Of a stretch of DNA of 64,000 nucleotides, positions 18,372-27,386 are shown piece after piece; within the stretch, counting starts at the first letter, position 1; the number at the start of each line of letters is the position of its first letter. Source of the DNA: a virus. The stretch lies in the IMG/VR virus record IMGVR_UViG_3300027749_000038, one strand, 5' to 3'. Below the pieces are notes generated by a model. The model was given only the letters and a program-made list of their open reading frames with translations, was not told where the DNA came from and ran no database searches. Both the position numbers and the translations under genes were made by a program.

Positions 18372-20354
18372 ATGGATATATCAGACAATGGATCTCGTAA
18401 TGGAACTAATTCAGTAGTAATGCCTTCTGGTGGATTGCATTTTATTTCTAATGTAAGAAATTTATCTGGTATGCAAAGTGATAATTCTTATGTATCTTTG
18501 TATCAAAATGCTGGAGCTCAAATTGATTTAAATGCTCAAGGGTTTATTGCAATGAAAGCTCCTGGAGATATATCCATCAAACCCAACAAGAATCTTTTTA
18601 TATCTACTCCAAATGCTTTAGTACAATACTCAGGAGGAGGTTCTTATAACACTATTGTCGGCAAAAATGTTATTACTATAGGAGAGCCAACAGCTGATGC
18701 TAAGAAAGCTGCAAAGGCTTTACAAGATTTAGCGAAAACCCTTCAAGAACAAATAATGGATGAAGCAATGGCTGTAGTGGATGAAATGGGTAAATGTCCT
18801 ACTTGTGGACAAATGGCAGCTAAGGATGAAAAAAGTAAAATCATGGTTTATATTAATAGTTTGTGTAATGACTTGAAAGGTATACCCCATTTTCCACCGG
18901 ATGGAGTGATTTTTGTTATCAAAACCATTACAAAATTTTTAGCTGGTTTGGTTAATTTTAAAAAAAATCAAGATCTTAATCCTAAAAAATCTTGTGGTCC
19001 AGGGTGTAAAAATCACATGATTGAAAGTTTGCGTTTAACTTTAAAGAAAATAGAAGATTCTTATGATATTAAAATAAGGCAGAATCAAGATATAGCCAAT
19101 GATCATTTATCTAAATTGGCTCCATATTCTAATACAGTGGTTACTTCTACTAATAGCATGTCTATTTTTATTGGTCTAGCTAAGAATGAATCTAAAGTTT
19201 ATTTTAAAAAGGGACATTCTACACATCCGACAAAACACGGACACAGTAAAAATGGTGGTGGTATAATGACCCTTTCTGACGGAAATTGTGAGAGGGCTAT
19301 TTATTGTCCTCCGATACAACTAACTGATGCAAATTTTTACATGGATGTATGTGAAAAATTTACAGTAAATGCCGGAGCTCCTGGAATGGTTTTCAATACT
19401 AATGGTTTATATGAAGTAAAAGCTGCTGGTATTAATATATCTGCATCAGATGGAGAGGCGGTTTTTAAATCTAGTAATAAAACACTTATTGCCGGTAAAA
19501 ATGTTAACATATTAGCGGATGATAAAAGTGGAGATACGAGTATTGTGTTGGATGCTGGTAACGTGCATATAACAAGATCTGCCTCAGTAGATGCTAATTT
19601 GTCTGTACGTGGAGCTATAACTTGTGAAGGTCCGGCGACGATTCCTTTTTTAAATTGTCCATCAATGGAATCAGCTGTAGAAACTTATCACAGTCAAATA
19701 GTCACTGGTGTGGAACGCGGAGCAGGTGGTTCAGTTGTTTTAAGAACTTCTAATTTAGCCAAAGATTCTCTTACAAAATATATTTTAGATCCGTTGTGGG
19801 GATTGATTCCTTCAAATTTGACATCGATATCGAAAGAAATGGAAGATGCTATAGAAAACGCCATTACAATTAATTGGGAGCCGGCAGGATTTACTTGGAC
19901 TTTTGGGTACGGAGCTTGTTCTGTTGGAGGCGGTCCGGTTTGGACATATGGTTCTGTTTGGAACTTTTATCATAATCATATGACATTCAGTGATGAACAC
20001 TCTGGAGCAGTTGCAGTTCCGTTGGGCAAATACTTTATGACCACAGAAGGTGCTATGCAGGCTAGTTATATAGGAGGCAAACAACCCGCGGTTGCTCCAG
20101 TATTAGGTTCTGGTCCAAGACCGGGTCCAGGAAGTTTACCCGGACCTTGTGGAGGTGGAGGATTGTTTACCAAACAAAGAGATGCAGAATTTGGTTTGGA
20201 TCAATATGGAGATCCTTTTAATGGAGGTAATTTTGTGAATAGATACACAAACGATAACACTCCAGGTCAACCACCACCTGTAGATCCTAATTTTAGTATT
20301 TGGAAACATGGTGTTCTTACCACACCACTTTCCGGTGGTTTGTTGGACTGTTAA
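18372..20354 (+). CDS. gp5-like spike C-terminal beta-helix protein
   Basis: Beta-solenoid-type repeats (GDISIKPNKNLFIST, LIAGKNVNILA), a Cys-rich insert and a C-terminal HxH (YHNH); follows the gp5 OB gene. Confidence 0.55.
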   Translation: MDISDNGSRNGTNSVVMPSGGLHFISNVRNLSGMQSDNSYVSLYQNAGAQIDLNAQGFIAMKAPGDISIKPNKNLFISTPNALVQYSGGGSYNTIVGKNVITIGEPTADAKKAAKALQDLAKTLQEQIMDEAMAVVDEMGKCPTCGQMAAKDEKSKIMVYINSLCNDLKGIPHFPPDGVIFVIKTITKFLAGLVNFKKNQDLNPKKSCGPGCKNHMIESLRLTLKKIEDSYDIKIRQNQDIANDHLSKLAPYSNTVVTSTNSMSIFIGLAKNESKVYFKKGHSTHPTKHGHSKNGGGIMTLSDGNCERAIYCPPIQLTDANFYMDVCEKFTVNAGAPGMVFNTNGLYEVKAAGINISASDGEAVFKSSNKTLIAGKNVNILADDKSGDTSIVLDAGNVHITRSASVDANLSVRGAITCEGPATIPFLNCPSMESAVETYHSQIVTGVERGAGGSVVLRTSNLAKDSLTKYILDPLWGLIPSNLTSISKEMEDAIENAITINWEPAGFTWTFGYGACSVGGGPVWTYGSVWNFYHNHMTFSDEHSGAVAVPLGKYFMTTEGAMQASYIGGKQPAVAPVLGSGPRPGPGSLPGPCGGGGLFTKQRDAEFGLDQYGDPFNGGNFVNRYTNDNTPGQPPPVDPNFSIWKHGVLTTPLSGGLLDC

Positions 20355-21589
20355 TTTACCAATCGAACGTAATCTGGAATATTGGTGTTCAAGATTACTA
20401 TAGCTCCAGGAATGTCCGGAATGCCTGGAGGAGTCCATCCTTCTACCGGTACAAGAGGAGTTTGAAGTTGTCCTGATACATAATCTTTTTGATCATAATA
20501 ATATTTTCTTCCAGCATAGAAAGTCTTATACACATAAGTTTCCCAATGGCCTTTCGGTCTTGCTTTAAGTTTCCTTACACCTGTATTGTCATCATTATTA
20601 GGATCTTCTATATCTGGTATAGCTGGTCCATTTATTGTAATATCTATAGCATTTACCTCTTCTGTAGTAAATCCTCCTAGATCATCCCAATGCCATATTC
20701 GACCTTTCTGATCAAATTTTAGTCCAATAAGCATTATCTTTGGTTCGTCGAAAGAATACACAGTTGCTTCCCATTGTTCATCTATTTCCAAATATGGATT
20801 ATAAGTTGAATTGAGATAATATTTTTTAAGAAATTTTACAAAAGCATCTGCATGTTTACGTAGAGCCGCATTTCTACTTTGATGAAAGAAATCTTTCATT
20901 TCTTGATAAGTAGGAGGTTGTTGTCTATAGTTTTGAATTGTTTGTGGTGATGCTTGTTTGATTGGATCTCCATTAGGTCCGCAAATATATACATCTTTAA
21001 TTTGAGTACCACCAGCTGAATTAACTGCTACCCAAGCATCAATTTTAGGAAGAAATTCTTGGTACATTGCCTGTAACATAGCTCCTGTAGACCACCGAGG
21101 ATTACCAGTTACACTAAAAGGTCCTAAATCTGGCATAAGAGCTCTTTTATCTGGAACATTTACTTTAATTATATCCTCTATATTAAAATTAGAATCTTGT
21201 AAATAAGGATTCAATCTTTTCAATAATTCATAATTAATTTGAGAATTTCCATTTTCTGCAATTCCTTGATCAAACACCTCTTTAGTAAACCCTTTGTCTG
21301 CCATGGGATACTCTATTTTAGCGTTAGCTCCGCCGTTTTTTTCTTGATGAATTTTTAAAGAATTTGTAACTTGATCTACATTACTAAAATCTGTTACTAT
21401 TTTATTTCCGTTTTCATCTCTATTAAGAGTTCCTGGATAATAAGAAGCATCTGCTGGTGTTGGGTGTTCTGTATATTCCGTTGCACCGACTCCGCGTTTA
21501 GAATTTGCTTGTGGAGCACCCAATCCTTTATCCAAAGCCTCTGATGGAGGGGGTGGAATTTTTTTCTGTAAAAGTCCAGCAAAATCCAT
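20351..21589 (-). CDS. Hypothetical protein
   Basis: 412-aa ORF; its stop overlaps the convergent gp5C stop (TTAA). Confidence 0.55.
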   Translation of the reverse strand: MDFAGLLQKKIPPPPSEALDKGLGAPQANSKRGVGATEYTEHPTPADASYYPGTLNRDENGNKIVTDFSNVDQVTNSLKIHQEKNGGANAKIEYPMADKGFTKEVFDQGIAENGNSQINYELLKRLNPYLQDSNFNIEDIIKVNVPDKRALMPDLGPFSVTGNPRWSTGAMLQAMYQEFLPKIDAWVAVNSAGGTQIKDVYICGPNGDPIKQASPQTIQNYRQQPPTYQEMKDFFHQSRNAALRKHADAFVKFLKKYYLNSTYNPYLEIDEQWEATVYSFDEPKIMLIGLKFDQKGRIWHWDDLGGFTTEEVNAIDITINGPAIPDIEDPNNDDNTGVRKLKARPKGHWETYVYKTFYAGRKYYYDQKDYVSGQLQTPLVPVEGWTPPGIPDIPGAIVILNTNIPDYVRLVN

Positions 21590-22041
21590 TATTCCTGCCC
21601 TCCTTCATCTTCATCGTCTTCTTCAAAATCCATAAAATTAGATTGTTGTTGTTGCATAAAGATATTTTTTTGAAATTCTGAAAGAGCGTCTCGATCTTTT
21701 GCTAACTCTGCATGCTGAATCAAAATTCGTTGGCCTTTGGTATTATAACCAAACAATACATAACTATCCAAATATTCTGTAATAAGAGATTTGAGCAAAA
21801 GATAGTCTCTTTCTTCTACTCTAAGTTCTGTATTATTTTCTTTAGACCACTTATCTAAAGCGTTTTTTAATTCCGAATCATTAATAGAATTAAAAATATT
21901 TGTTTTAATTTCTGATTCTATCATAGCGATAGTTTCTGGATCTAAAGCCGATAAAGAAGGCATTGCTACAGAAATATGCATTTTATTTTGAGTGCTTTGA
22001 GAAGGATTGACTTTTTTTGAATTTTTACGTGGGGTTGCCAT
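21589..22041 (-). CDS. Hypothetical protein with acidic tail
   Basis: ORF, probable start MATPRKN; TAATG coupling to the next gene. Confidence 0.55.
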   Translation of the reverse strand: MATPRKNSKKVNPSQSTQNKMHISVAMPSLSALDPETIAMIESEIKTNIFNSINDSELKNALDKWSKENNTELRVEERDYLLLKSLITEYLDSYVLFGYNTKGQRILIQHAELAKDRDALSEFQKNIFMQQQQSNFMDFEEDDEDEGGQE

Positions 22042-22351
22042 AGGAAGAAGATTTGTTATTAATACCAAATTTGACCAAATATTCTATAATCACCTCTATA
22101 GAACTGGTCTTTATTTTAAATTTATCTGGTACAAATTGAGCGCCATCATAAATCTCAAAATAAGTTTCACCAAAAAAACTATGATTAGTATAACAGGTTA
22201 CCATAACAGAAGATACTCCTGGATCTATAACACAGGTCCAGGATCTGGGATCTGTCTCACTATATTTATCAAATAATTTATCTACAATATATCCACAATC
22301 TCTTAGACGTTTAATGAAATAGCTGTAAGTGGTTATTTTATTTTTAGCCAT
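22025..22351 (-). CDS. Hypothetical protein
   Basis: ORF in the replication operon, probable start MAKNKITT. Confidence 0.55.
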   Translation of the reverse strand: MAKNKITTYSYFIKRLRDCGYIVDKLFDKYSETDPRSWTCVIDPGVSSVMVTCYTNHSFFGETYFEIYDGAQFVPDKFKIKTSSIEVIIEYLVKFGINNKSSSYGNPT

Positions 22352-22372
22352 AACAATAATTAACAACTAAAG

Positions 22373-23125
22373 CTATTTTACCAGTGCTGAAATAATGTAT
22401 TTCAATTCTACACCATCTTCGTCTGAATTTTGAAATACAAATACTTTAAATTGATTGTTAATTTTGACCTTAATATCGGATCGGCTGTGTGCTAAATTTT
22501 TAAATACCTCCATGCTAACTGGAAGAGGATCTTCGATATCTTCTCCTACTAAATTATTACTAATTGTTAGGTTAATGTTGTCTACATTTTGTTGTGTTTT
22601 GTCATTAATTTCTGCAATTACTTTTCCATCCTGACTAGAGAAGTAAATCTTGGTCATGTCCGAAGCAAAAGCATAACCCATCATGATTTGCTTTAACTTG
22701 GAAGAAGAAATAGTAAATTCTGTATCAAATTTTAAAGATGCAATTTTATTCAAATTGACCGGAGCTTCTTTAACGATAGAATCATCTACTAAATGATATT
22801 TAAAATGACTCTTTTCTCCGGTCTCTGCATCAATGGTTTGACACTTAATAGAATTCTCATTCATCTCCATAGAAAATTCTCCATTATCACCTAAACATTC
22901 TAGTCCGGAAAGAAACTTTTTAATGCTAATAAGGTTAAGTCTCGTGTTTTGCTTTACAACAAACGGAAGCTTAGCTTTTGCGTAAAGAATCACGGTGTTA
23001 TCTGGAGAAGAACATACTGAATATAAATTAGATTCTTCTGCCTTTAATACACAACTTTCTGTAAGTCGGTTAATAGGCTTGAGAATCTTTTCTAGATAAC
23101 TTTTAGGAAGTAAAAGTAAGGACAT
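22373..23125 (-). CDS. gp45: Sliding clamp (gp45-like)
   Basis: 250 aa, clamp-like composition, FKYHLVDDSIV, terminal LKYIISAL; T4 replication context. Confidence 0.75.
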   Translation of the reverse strand: MSLLLLPKSYLEKILKPINRLTESCVLKAEESNLYSVCSSPDNTVILYAKAKLPFVVKQNTRLNLISIKKFLSGLECLGDNGEFSMEMNENSIKCQTIDAETGEKSHFKYHLVDDSIVKEAPVNLNKIASLKFDTEFTISSSKLKQIMMGYAFASDMTKIYFSSQDGKVIAEINDKTQQNVDNINLTISNNLVGEDIEDPLPVSMEVFKNLAHSRSDIKVKINNQFKVFVFQNSDEDGVELKYIISALVK

Positions 23126-23127
23126 AT

Positions 23128-23619
23128 TTAAGAATTAGACTTTTCATTCAAGCTACAAAATACTTTACCCATCATACCTGAAATCTTAGTCAAATTGCCA
23201 CTGATTCTTTCCATCAAACATTTGATAGCTTCAATATCTTCTTCCATTTTATTAGTGATCTGTGGTTTTAGAGGCTCTATTGGAACAGAAATTGTTGCTT
23301 GAGGAGCCGATAAATTCAGAGCTGGCAAAGAAGGAGTTAGAGTTACTTCAATGTTTTGTGGTTTTGAAAAGGTTGAAGTATCGGGTACTAAAGATTGTAC
23401 CAAATCTTCTGATACATATCCCCGATTGGCTTGATCATTATAATTGGTTCTAGCAGCTCCACCATGTTTAAATGTATTGATGAAGGAGTTAACATCAATG
23501 CGATTAGCTGGCAGTGCTCCTCCACTTCGATCGGTAGATCTGTCTATATTATTCAGCATTCCACCAGTTAAAGCGGCTAACATAGCTGCTTCTTTGTCAA
23601 ATTCTTTTTCTTGATTCAT
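23128..23619 (-). CDS. Hypothetical protein
   Basis: 163-aa ORF preceded by a sigma70-like promoter. Confidence 0.5.
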   Translation of the reverse strand: MNQEKEFDKEAAMLAALTGGMLNNIDRSTDRSGGALPANRIDVNSFINTFKHGGAARTNYNDQANRGYVSEDLVQSLVPDTSTFSKPQNIEVTLTPSLPALNLSAPQATISVPIEPLKPQITNKMEEDIEAIKCLMERISGNLTKISGMMGKVFCSLNEKSNS

Positions 23620-23624
23620 ATTTT

Positions 23625-23653
23625 AATATTAAAAGTTTAAGTGTTTTTTGCAA
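23625..23653 (-). promoter_or_regulatory. Sigma70-like promoter TTGCAA-N16-TAATAT, 6 nt before the ATG
   Basis: Minus strand reads TTGCAA aaaacacttaaacttt TAATAT taaaat ATG. Confidence 0.5.
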
Positions 23654-23654
23654 C

Positions 23655-23730
23655 TAGTTTAAACAAAAAATCCATATACTACTACTCACCATTATTAGGC
23701 TTTCATGAATATATGGATTTTTTTAAACTA
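23655..23730 (-). terminator. Inverted repeat (14-bp perfect core, 31-nt loop) downstream of folE2; probable terminator
   Basis: aaaaaatccatata (23665-23678) pairs with tatatggatttttt (23710-23723); U-rich 3' end on the minus strand. Confidence 0.5.
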
Positions 23731-23744
23731 ATCTTTAAGAGAAA

Positions 23745-24590
23745 TTACTTTAAATCTCTTCCCGCATGTGTTACAGCCACTGCTATAGAAGAATGAATTG
23801 ATTCAAGATGATTTACAATTACCAAGTAATCCTTGATACGACCATCCAAATCCTTATCTAATTCTACAGCTACTTTACGAACCATGTCTTCTACGAAGAC
23901 TGGATTTTCATACATCAATTCTGTTTGATAGGCTTCATCTACTCGCTTGAGAGCATTTACGATCGGAGCCGAAGCACTGCGTTCTACTGCTAGAACCAAT
24001 TCTTCAAACCAGTATACTTTATCAGCATCTGCTCCTGCTTGAGTTAGCTCTACAGTAACATCTGCATAGGATTGCTGATTATGTGCTCCATAATCTGAGA
24101 TCTCCTTGGAACATGGACACAAAGAAGCGTAAAGTACATTGGCATGTAGATAAAACTTCTTCTCTCCATTTACCAAACGACCTTCAAAAGATCCTTGATA
24201 ATCCATATGAGAAACTACTTTAGAAACTGGAGCTTCTTTCTTCAAGAAGTAATCAAACTTGATCTTGATATAAGCATTTTGGCTCTTTAGGCGAGATTTA
24301 CATTCATCCAAAAGAATATCCATGACTTCATCAATTCGATGAGACTTGTTAGCTAGAACTTCTTCTACAAGAATACGGTAACGGCTCATGTTAGTTCCCT
24401 TTACTTCTGGCGTCAAATCTGTATACATACTGATGATAGCCTTAGTAGGGTTAATGGTTCCATCTTGGCGAATAATCTCCATAGGAACTACAATATTACG
24501 GGAACCTACCTTAGGAATATACTTCTTAGGAAATCCATCAACTGTGTTTTGAATGTCGGGAATGTCGGCGTTGGTTTTAATGCGTGGCAT
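23745..24590 (-). CDS. folE2: GTP cyclohydrolase IB (FolE2)
   Basis: PDIQ, KGTNMSRY, LCPCSKEISDYGAHNQ, NPVFVEDMVR and ESIH. Start placed at MPRIKT. Confidence 0.92.
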   Translation of the reverse strand: MPRIKTNADIPDIQNTVDGFPKKYIPKVGSRNIVVPMEIIRQDGTINPTKAIISMYTDLTPEVKGTNMSRYRILVEEVLANKSHRIDEVMDILLDECKSRLKSQNAYIKIKFDYFLKKEAPVSKVVSHMDYQGSFEGRLVNGEKKFYLHANVLYASLCPCSKEISDYGAHNQQSYADVTVELTQAGADADKVYWFEELVLAVERSASAPIVNALKRVDEAYQTELMYENPVFVEDMVRKVAVELDKDLDGRIKDYLVIVNHLESIHSSIAVAVTHAGRDLK

Positions 24591-24639
24591 AAGTTTTGTT
24601 AATTTAGAATATAATATTTTGTTTAGATATCTCGCAGAA

Positions 24640-25512
24640 TTACAGATCTTTGAGAATATCGGAAATGCGATCACTGACAGAAGATTCTGTTTCTTCATTG
24701 TGTGTTTCTTCTGGTAATCTACTGGGGTTGGTTTTGGATGTGTAGGTCTCTACTTCAAAATCATCTTCCACAACTGGAGAAGTCTTTGTAGTGGATGTAG
24801 ATTCTACTTCCCCGAGAAAATGTTGAGTAAACAATTTTTGAATGTCATCATAAGACTTGTGTTCAAAAATTCCATCCAAATCCTTAATAGATTCATAAAT
24901 TTCATCTATATCTGGTTCTCCTGGAAGAACACTTGCTGGTACAAATTTAGAGGAAACATAGGTAGGATAACCTCCTTCATTTTCTTTAACAGAAATGCGA
25001 AGATTGCATCCTTTTTCTGAAAGATCAAAAATCTTTGAACCAAAATCATCTGCATCATCACCTGAGATTGCTGCAGTAACAATTTCATTCAATTGCTTGC
25101 CGAAGCGAATGATCTTAACTTGACCATTATTCTCTGGATTGGTAGGATCTGAAATTACATAAGCATTAATTAGCCAATTTTCATTGCGCTTAACTGGCTT
25201 AATGCGTTCAATTTCTGCCTTATCTTGTGTGCGATAAATCTTAGAACGATATTCATCGATAGGGCATCGCTCTCCATAGGTACATGGACATAGTGTAGAA
25301 GTTAATTGATTGGTAATAGCGCTATTCCACAAGTGATGGTAGTAATGAAATACTGTACGTTCTGGGTTTTTTAGGTTTGGAATTAACCTGACCAGGTAGT
25401 TCTTTCCGATTTCAAGCTTCATGAAATCACGGAAACCGGAGGATTCGGATGATGATTTTTTGTTTAGTGCTTCTTTGATGGAATCGAATAGGTTGGATGT
25501 ATATTTGCTCAT
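24640..25512 (-). CDS. gp32: Single-stranded DNA-binding protein (gp32-like)
   Basis: VRLIP, HYYHH, CPCTYGERCPI, GQVKIIRFGKQL, Y.SSKF and an acidic tail. Confidence 0.9.
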   Translation of the reverse strand: MSKYTSNLFDSIKEALNKKSSSESSGFRDFMKLEIGKNYLVRLIPNLKNPERTVFHYYHHLWNSAITNQLTSTLCPCTYGERCPIDEYRSKIYRTQDKAEIERIKPVKRNENWLINAYVISDPTNPENNGQVKIIRFGKQLNEIVTAAISGDDADDFGSKIFDLSEKGCNLRISVKENEGGYPTYVSSKFVPASVLPGEPDIDEIYESIKDLDGIFEHKSYDDIQKLFTQHFLGEVESTSTTKTSPVVEDDFEVETYTSKTNPSRLPEETHNEETESSVSDRISDILKDL

Positions 25513-25528
25513 GTTGGTTTGTATTTTA

Positions 25529-25556
25529 ATATTAGTTGTTTTTAAGGTTTAGTCAA
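25529..25556 (-). promoter_or_regulatory. Sigma70-like promoter for gp32, TTGACT-N16-TAATAT
   Basis: Read directly on the minus strand; ATG 16 nt after the -10 element. Confidence 0.6.
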
Positions 25557-26177
25557 TGTTTGGTTGATTAAATTGCGTATTTTGTTGGTTGCTTGTTTTA
25601 CTAGGTTTTTGGTTTGGGAGGAGTTGTGATATCGGTATTTAAAAGTAGAAAAATTATCTACTAAATTAGGCACCCATACATCAAGGTCTTCTTGATTATA
25701 TTTACTAAGATCTGGTCCTAATTCCATTATACTATAGATGCTAATGAGGTGTTGACGATAGTCATTTATCCACACTGGACATAAGTCTTCTCGTTGTTCT
25801 ATATAATCATCTAAAGAGAGACGATTATCAATACAAAAATTGGCTATATGAGAAAAACTGGATTTGATAAATTCGATCTGATTATCTGGAGATTGATTTT
25901 CTTGTTGCTTCAAGAATAGTGTATAATTTTTAATTGCTACTCGCGAGATAAAAAATTTTAATGGAGGATAACTTTCTTCAGGATGCAAATGTCTAGTAGC
26001 AGCAAAAAATTCATCTATTCTAATATGTTTGAATTTTTCAAAAAACTGATGAAGCCTGACTAATAGAGAAGAGGTTTCTAGAGGAATATCCTCAAAATTT
26101 TGACGTGGTTTCCAAGCTTGTCCAAAGCGGGAATATTTTAAAAAGGTGTTATAGATTTTCTGTTCCTTTTCGTGCAT
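25542..26177 (-). CDS. Hypothetical protein
   Basis: 211-aa ORF in the replication operon. Confidence 0.55.
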   Translation of the reverse strand: MHEKEQKIYNTFLKYSRFGQAWKPRQNFEDIPLETSSLLVRLHQFFEKFKHIRIDEFFAATRHLHPEESYPPLKFFISRVAIKNYTLFLKQQENQSPDNQIEFIKSSFSHIANFCIDNRLSLDDYIEQREDLCPVWINDYRQHLISIYSIMELGPDLSKYNQEDLDVWVPNLVDNFSTFKYRYHNSSQTKNLVKQATNKIRNLINQTLTKP

Positions 26178-26460
26178 TTTGTTTAAATCTAAATATTTTC
26201 TTATAAATGTTCGGAGTTAAACTTAAATATGTTTTAATTATATTTTGCAAATTGTAATCTCCGAGCAACTCAAAAAGTATTTTTTGTGTCTTCTTATCAT
26301 CAACTAAATGTTTGAGGAAAGCAAGGTGATTTAATTTTTTATTTTTGGCAATACAAACAAAAGAGCCAAATTTTAAAACAATATCTTCAAATTCAGCAAG
26401 ATCTGTAGCATCTTGGGGTCTTAGTAGCTCTTCGATTTGTTGAGAAGAAGTAATGATCAT
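26149..26460 (-). CDS. Hypothetical protein
   Basis: 103-aa ORF, ATGA-coupled to the DHH gene. Confidence 0.5.
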   Translation of the reverse strand: MIITSSQQIEELLRPQDATDLAEFEDIVLKFGSFVCIAKNKKLNHLAFLKHLVDDKKTQKILFELLGDYNLQNIIKTYLSLTPNIYKKIFRFKQNARKGTENL

Positions 26461-27386
26461 AACTTGCTATTTAGTGGGGATAAATTCTTTGTCACTTCCA
26501 TAAACAAGGGAGTGATTTTACCACCACCAGCGTGTCGATGACCTCCACCTTCACAAATTTTTTCTGCAAAATTTCCGACATCTATCGGATCTTCAAAGGT
26601 ATGTTGTCTGATACAGATCTTTTCAGATTTAGAATTGATAAAAAACAGAATGTCAGGCTTGTATGTTTGAGCAATGACATCTAAAAGACCACTAGTAAAC
26701 TTTTCTCCCATAGCAGCTATGACTTTCTTTTTCTTGGATCCAAAATTTACATATCCTTCATACACCGGCAATTTAGAAGCATCTTCCCTAGCTGATTGTT
26801 TTAAAAATGCTATGTGTTTTTTCTGAGCATTTGTAAATGGTTTAAATCCATCATAATAATCTTTGATGAATTTAGAAAAATTATTTTTATATTCAGACCA
26901 AAACAATAAATTTAAATCATAAGATTCTGGAATGTTTAATCGATAACAATCATAATCATCTGCCAGAGCGATGAGAGTTTTTTGAGCATCTGTTCTGATC
27001 GGAAATTTATCTCCTTTAAAAATTTGAGCCATTAAAAGAGCATTAGAGGTAATTTCTTTATGAATAATTTTAGCCTTCTTAAATCGAGGAATAAAATTTA
27101 AAGAAGTTTCGTGATGATCTATAAACGTTACATGATCCAAATCAGTCTCTGGCAAAAACTCTTCTCTCAAAGCTAGATCTAATATAAAAGTTTTAGAAGG
27201 ATTATTAACACTTTGTACCCCATTTTTAAGTTTGTCCATCTCCATGTTATTGATGGCTTGATAGGTTATGCAGGATCCTGGGAGGGCCCACATCAATGCA
27301 AGCAAACTTACAGCTCCATCTAAATCATTGTGAGTATATGCATTGATGCAATTCATATCTCCCATACTAACCATTAACTCATTCAT
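26457..27386 (-). CDS. DHH/DHHA1 phosphoesterase (RecJ/NrnA-like)
   Basis: THNDLDG, LDL, IDHH and GGGHRHAGG. Confidence 0.88.
   Translation of the reverse strand: MNELMVSMGDMNCINAYTHNDLDGAVSLLALMWALPGSCITYQAINNMEMDKLKNGVQSVNNPSKTFILDLALREEFLPETDLDHVTFIDHHETSLNFIPRFKKAKIIHKEITSNALLMAQIFKGDKFPIRTDAQKTLIALADDYDCYRLNIPESYDLNLLFWSEYKNNFSKFIKDYYDGFKPFTNAQKKHIAFLKQSAREDASKLPVYEGYVNFGSKKKKVIAAMGEKFTSGLLDVIAQTYKPDILFFINSKSEKICIRQHTFEDPIDVGNFAEKICEGGGHRHAGGGKITPLFMEVTKNLSPLNSKL

Noticed and set aside
18335-18374. TAG readthrough or frameshift fusing the two gp5 halves
   Set aside because: The ORFs are out of frame (34-nt gap), there is no clear slippery heptamer, and the second ORF has its own late motif.
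23679-23709. preQ1 riboswitch or SECIS-like element near folE2
   Set aside because: No preQ1-I consensus, it lies downstream rather than upstream of the gene, and no in-frame TGA needs recoding.
24591-24698. Longer folE2 start given in the ORF track (and similar extensions at 12653, 41407, 32459, 56221)
   Set aside because: The extensions overlap neighbouring genes and lack family sequence; internal ATGs fit the operon spacing better.
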